Shown: positions 62,586-64,000 of the stretch, one piece after another | How positions within the stretch are numbered: position 1 is the stretch's first letter | Layout: each line of letters begins with the position of its first letter | Assembly (NCBI GenBank): GCA_037143195.1 | Contig: JBAWZD010000001.1 | Coordinates: 80,892 to 144,891 of the forward strand | DNA: 64,000 nt | Origin: a bacterium | GTDB taxonomy: Bacteria; Patescibacteriota; Minisyncoccia; Phycocordibacterales; UBA9973 | Direction: 5' to 3' | Made by a program: the position numbers and the translations under genes | The notes under the pieces: generated by a model | Database searches by the model: none | What the model was told of the DNA's origin: nothing | Seen by the model: only the letters and a program-made list of their open reading frames with translations

Positions 62586-63337
62586 TGCGAATGACGAAAC
62601 AGAATCAATGTATCATTCGTACCATATCGATTTTTCTGCTGTGCATTCTTGCGCAAAGTTTTTTTGTGCACGACGTCTCTGCGAGCGAGGTGACACAAAC
62701 ACCAATTGAGAAAAAAGTCGCACTGACGTTCGACGATGGTCCGTACGGTGAACCGACGCGACAGATTCTCGCTATCCTGAAGCAGGAGCAAGTACACGCG
62801 ACGTTTTTTGTCATGGGAGAGAACGTTGAAAAATATCCCGATATTGCAAAGGCTATTGTCGACGATGGCAATGTAATTGCAAATCATTCATATGATCATC
62901 CAAAGAACATGACGAGTGAACCGACCAAGAAATTTGATAGTGAATTGATATTGACTGAGAATGCAATTTTTACGGCAACAAACAAACTGCCAGATTTGTT
63001 TCGTGCTCCCTATGGAAGAACCTCAGCTCCACTTTTGAAAAAATTGCATGATGAAAAATATTCGCTCGTGCGCTGGACGCTCGATACGCTCGATTGGAAT
63101 TTCCCGAAGAGTCCGTCGGATGCGATTGTGAAGCGTGTACTTACGAAAGTGCACCCGAACGATATTATATTGATGCACGATGGCCGTGATACAAAGATTG
63201 GGTATCCCCGAGACAATATTGTCGATGCGTTGCCAAAAGTGATTGAAGGTCTCAAAAAGGCAGGGTACACACTCGTGACCGTGGACCAAATCGTAGGCAA
63301 AAGCGCATATTTCGATTCAAAAGAAACACAACAATGA
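62585..63337 (+). CDS. polysaccharide deacetylase (NodB homology domain), secreted
   Basis: Signal peptide, then TFDDGPY...HATFFVMGE...NHSYDHP, the NodB motifs. Confidence 0.8.
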   Translation: MRMTKQNQCIIRTISIFLLCILAQSFFVHDVSASEVTQTPIEKKVALTFDDGPYGEPTRQILAILKQEQVHATFFVMGENVEKYPDIAKAIVDDGNVIANHSYDHPKNMTSEPTKKFDSELILTENAIFTATNKLPDLFRAPYGRTSAPLLKKLHDEKYSLVRWTLDTLDWNFPKSPSDAIVKRVLTKVHPNDIILMHDGRDTKIGYPRDNIVDALPKVIEGLKKAGYTLVTVDQIVGKSAYFDSKETQQ

Positions 63338-63424
63338 TTCGGGTGTCCGTCTTCATGCAAGAAAATGTCGTGGTATCCACATATTTCCTCGTGTTTCGCC
63401 TGAGCAATTGATACCATAGTAGGT

Positions 63425-63964
63425 ATGAGTATGAAAAAAATGAGCAAAACAATTTTGCGTGCACTCTTCGTGGGTGTTTTTTTATTGGCAGGCACGAGCG
63501 TTTTTGCAGGTACAGTGTTTGCAAAAGGTGGTCATAAAGTAAAAGACACACAAACAAGCGTCCCAGATTATGGCGCACTGTATGAACAAAAAACAAAAGA
63601 TGCGAATCTATCGCACGATATGATTACGGGGACCATCGCTGCGATCGAAGCGCACACACTTTCTGTTTCACTAACTGAGGTTTCAGGAAAATTGCCTGTC
63701 GGCACTCTCGTTACTGTTGCAACAGCACATGCAAAAATGACGCGCACTGGTTCCGCAAATCTATCAGCGAAACCATCAAGAAGTGCTTTGCGATCAATGA
63801 GCGCAAAATCACAAACAAACGCACCAAAAGTCTCGATGAGTGATTTCGCTGTTGGTGATGCTGTCACTGTCGTCGGCTCGCTCGATACAAACAACGCAAT
63901 GAAAGCAAAACAAATCCTTGCACACGCAAAGAATGATTTTCATATTAGTCAACCGGTAAAATAA
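63425..63964 (+). CDS. hypothetical secreted protein
   Basis: Signal peptide MSKTILRALFVGVFLLAGTSVFA. 179 aa. Confidence 0.4.
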   Translation: MSMKKMSKTILRALFVGVFLLAGTSVFAGTVFAKGGHKVKDTQTSVPDYGALYEQKTKDANLSHDMITGTIAAIEAHTLSVSLTEVSGKLPVGTLVTVATAHAKMTRTGSANLSAKPSRSALRSMSAKSQTNAPKVSMSDFAVGDAVTVVGSLDTNNAMKAKQILAHAKNDFHISQPVK

Positions 63965-63965
63965 T

Positions 63966-64000
63966 ATGAAAAAAATAACTCTCCTCGCCCTTGGTGTTTC
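63966..64000 (+). CDS. 5' fragment of a secreted or membrane protein (MKKITLLALGV...), truncated by the window end
   Basis: ATG 2 nt after the previous stop, with a hydrophobic N-terminus. Only 11 codons are visible. Confidence 0.25.
   Translation, partial: MKKITLLALGV

Noticed and set aside
1-64000. CRISPR arrays, rRNA genes, transposase or integrase genes
   Set aside because: No regularly spaced direct repeats, no rRNA-like conserved stretches, and no ORF with DDE, tyrosine or serine recombinase motifs anywhere in the window, including the tRNA-Gln island.

Overview
The window is a 64-kb chromosomal segment that looks like a reduced-genome bacterium of the Candidate Phyla Radiation / Patescibacteria (Parcubacteria-like) type. 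That placement is an inference from gene content: a 2188-aa surface protein built from YVTN beta-propeller repeats, DprA and RadC, a lamin-tail-domain protein, a minimal cell-wall set (tandem-fused Ddl-Ddl, Alr, MurJ), few metabolic genes, and several apparently leaderless genes. Coding density is high, with genes on both strands. Confident housekeeping genes are the C-terminal part of an ABC exporter, gdhA, ndh-2, mscL, ychF, tsaC, leuS, murJ, lepA, ddl-ddl, alr, miaA, parB, rel, topA, dprA, serS, dus and dnaX, plus four tRNAs (Tyr-GTA, Trp-CCA, Leu-CAA, Gln-TTG). The most unusual region is a co-directional five-gene block at 3574-12563. It contains two paralogous soluble P-loop ATPases of the FtsK/HerA/TraG superfamily flanking two paralogous ~550-580-aa proteins with roughly 50 cysteines each (zinc ribbons at both ends, internally duplicated Cys-repeat modules and a shared WWSDAWDP motif). 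A membrane-anchored protein with two lamin-tail domains follows, and a strong terminator closes the block. I could not assign this block to any described system; it is a candidate novel ATPase/zinc-protein machine, possibly for DNA handling or defence. A second accessory region is an AT-rich island directly downstream of tRNA-Gln (about 54780-59100). It carries a convergent type II restriction-modification pair (a C5-cytosine methyltransferase plus a PD-ExK nuclease) and three further unknown genes, and it ends at a perfect 18-bp GAAC-N4-GTTC palindrome. Other oddities are an MscL with a C-terminal zinc ribbon, an L33 gene broken by a single extra A in an A-run, and a truncated inorganic-pyrophosphatase-like gene where secE-nusG would normally follow tRNA-Trp. 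There are also GC-rich multi-stem elements after lepA and between parB and rel, and two possible unannotated small membrane-protein ORFs.
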